From Mobula hypostoma (lineage: Eukaryota), in assembly GCF_963921235.1 (NCBI RefSeq), contig NC_086106.1, positions 21,514,001 through 21,578,000 of the forward strand: a stretch of DNA of 64,000 nt, written 5' to 3'. The notes beneath the pieces are model-generated. The model worked only from the letters and a program-made list of their open reading frames with translations. It was not told the origin of the DNA and did not search any database. Below, piece after piece: positions 62,205 to 64,000 of this stretch (position 1 is its first letter; every line of letters begins with the position of its first letter). A program made the translations under genes and the position numbers.

Positions 62205-63522
62205 CATACATCAAAGTTGCTGGTGAACGCAGCAGACCAAGCAGCATCTATAGGAAGAGGCGCAGTCGACGTTTCAGGCCGAGACCCTTCGTCAGGACTA
62301 ACTGAAGGAAGAGTGAGTAAGGGATTTGAAAGCTGGAGGGGGAGGGGGAGATGCAAAATGAGAGGAGAAGACAGGAGGGGGAGGGATAGAGCCGAGAGCT
62401 GGACAGGTGATAGGCAGAAGGGGATACGAGAGGATCATGGGACAGGAGGCCTAGGGAGAAAGACGGGGGGGGGGGTGACCCAGAAGATGGGCAAGAGGTA
62501 TATTCAGAGGGACAGAAGGAGAAAAAGGAGAGTGAGAGAAAGAATGTGTGCATAAAAGTGAGTAACAGCTGGGGTACGAGGGGGAGGTGGGGCCTAGCGG
62601 AAGTTAGAGAAGTCAATGTTCATGCCATCAGGTTGGAGGCTACCCAGACGGAATATAAGGGGTTATTCCTCCAACCTGAGTGTGGCTTCATCTTTACAGT
62701 AGAGGAGGCCGTGGATAGACATGTCAGAATGGGAATGGGATGTGGAATTAAAATGTGTGGCCACTGGGAGATCCTGCTTTCTCTGGCGGACAGAGCGTAG
62801 ATGTTCAGCAAAGCGGTCTCCCAGTCTGCGTCGGGTCTCACCAATATATAAAAGGCCACATCGGGAGCACCGGACGCAGTATATCACCCCAGTCGACTCA
62901 CAGGTGAAGTGATGCCTCACCTGGAAGGACTGTTTGGGGTCCTGAATGGTGGTAAGGGAGGAAGTGTAAGGGCATGTGTAGCACTTGTTCCGCTTACACG
63001 GATAAGTGCCGGGAGGGAGATCAGTGGGGAGGGATGGGGGGGACGAATGGACAAGGGAGTTGTGTAGGGAGCGATCCCTGCGGAATTCAGAAAGACGGGG
63101 GGGAGGGAAAGATGTGCTTAGTGGTGGGATTCTGTTGGAGGTGGCGGAAGTTACGGAGAATAATATGTTGGACCCGGAGGCTGGTGGGGTGGTAGGTGAG
63201 GACCAGGGGAACCCTATTCCTAGTGGGGTGGTGGGAGGATGGAGTGAGAGCAGATGTACGTGAAATGGAGGAGATGCGTTTAAGAGCAGAGTTGATAGTG
63301 GAGGAAGGGAAGCCCCTTTCTTTAAAAAATGAAGACATCTCCCTCGTCCTAGAATGACAAGCCTCATCCGGAGAGCAGATGCGGCGGAGACGGAGGAATT
63401 GCGAGAAGGGGATGGCGTTTTTGCAAGAGACAGGGTGAGAAGAGGAATAGTCCAGATAGCTGTGAGAGTCAGTAGGCTTATAGTAGATATCAGTGGATAA
63501 GCTGTCTCCAGAGACAGAGCTG
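62205..63522 (-). mobile_element. 5'-truncated Penelope-like element (RT C-terminus and GIY-YIG endonuclease)
   Basis: TDIYYKPTDSHSYLDYSSSHP; TCESTGVIYCVRCSRCGLLYIGETRRRLGDRFAEH; 14-bp TSD GAAATAACCAGCTT at 62191-62204 and 63523-63536. Confidence 0.93.
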
Positions 63523-64000
63523 GAAATAACCAGCTTGTCTGTTTTCAGTGACATCTTTAAGCCAAGCTCATAATACCACTCTGACTTTCACTATCGCTCA
63601 CACTCTCAGTTCCACGCTCCCTATAAACCACACTCGTGTTTTGAGTCATGGAAATAGAATGAGTAACTGACAGCTTGAGGGTTGGGAGAGTACCACACCA
63701 TCAGACAGAAACCGTTTCTGTACGTGGCGTCATCGGGCATATTTTTTTTTTGTGATATGGATTTTGATGTTTTAGTGATACTTTCAATTTTACAATATAG
63801 AAATTCAAAAGTAATTTCATGTGCTCCTTGAACAGTGTTTCAATCCTGCTCAGTACCGCTATAAACAGCCTACCGGAACAACAAGTTTATCAACGAGTTT
63901 ACAATCCTAATTTTGGAAGGATTAATATCAATGTGGCAGAACAATTGTGCTTTCAATATAATGTGCGTCTGTGAGTAGATATATATGAGTGTGTGTGTGT

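Noticed and set aside
1-64000. CRISPR array or prokaryotic defence system
   Set aside because: The sequence is vertebrate, with spliceosomal introns, LINEs and RSSs; there are no regularly spaced repeat-spacer arrays

Overview
Eukaryotic, repeat-rich DNA from a cartilaginous fish antigen-receptor locus. The repeat repertoire looks batoid, but that is an inference and the species cannot be fixed from sequence alone. The window holds three tandem, minus-strand NAR-TCR cassettes of the TCR alpha/delta locus. Each is laid out as leader exon - IgNAR-like V(23/24-RSS) - (12)D(12) - (23)J - intron - leaderless supporting TCRdelta V(23-RSS). Cassettes 1 (13.8-10.8 kb) and 2 (26.3-23.3 kb) have open frames, intact splice sites and recognisable RSSs. 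Cassette 3 (59.1-53.1 kb) is disabled in every segment and split by a 2.9 kb CR1. The most unusual feature is a second, well-formed 23-RSS lying 16 bp beyond the normal RSS of every supporting V, enclosing an 8-bp D-like segment. The rest is transposable element DNA: many CR1 LINE pieces, a full-length decayed L1 with a 15-bp TSD, Penelope (GIY-YIG) elements, a hAT/ZMYM1-like DNA transposon, SINEs and LTR-like pieces. There is an assembly gap at 41233-41434. No TCRdelta D/J or constant exon is in the window. All alignments and counts were done by eye; TE boundaries without a TSD are approximate.
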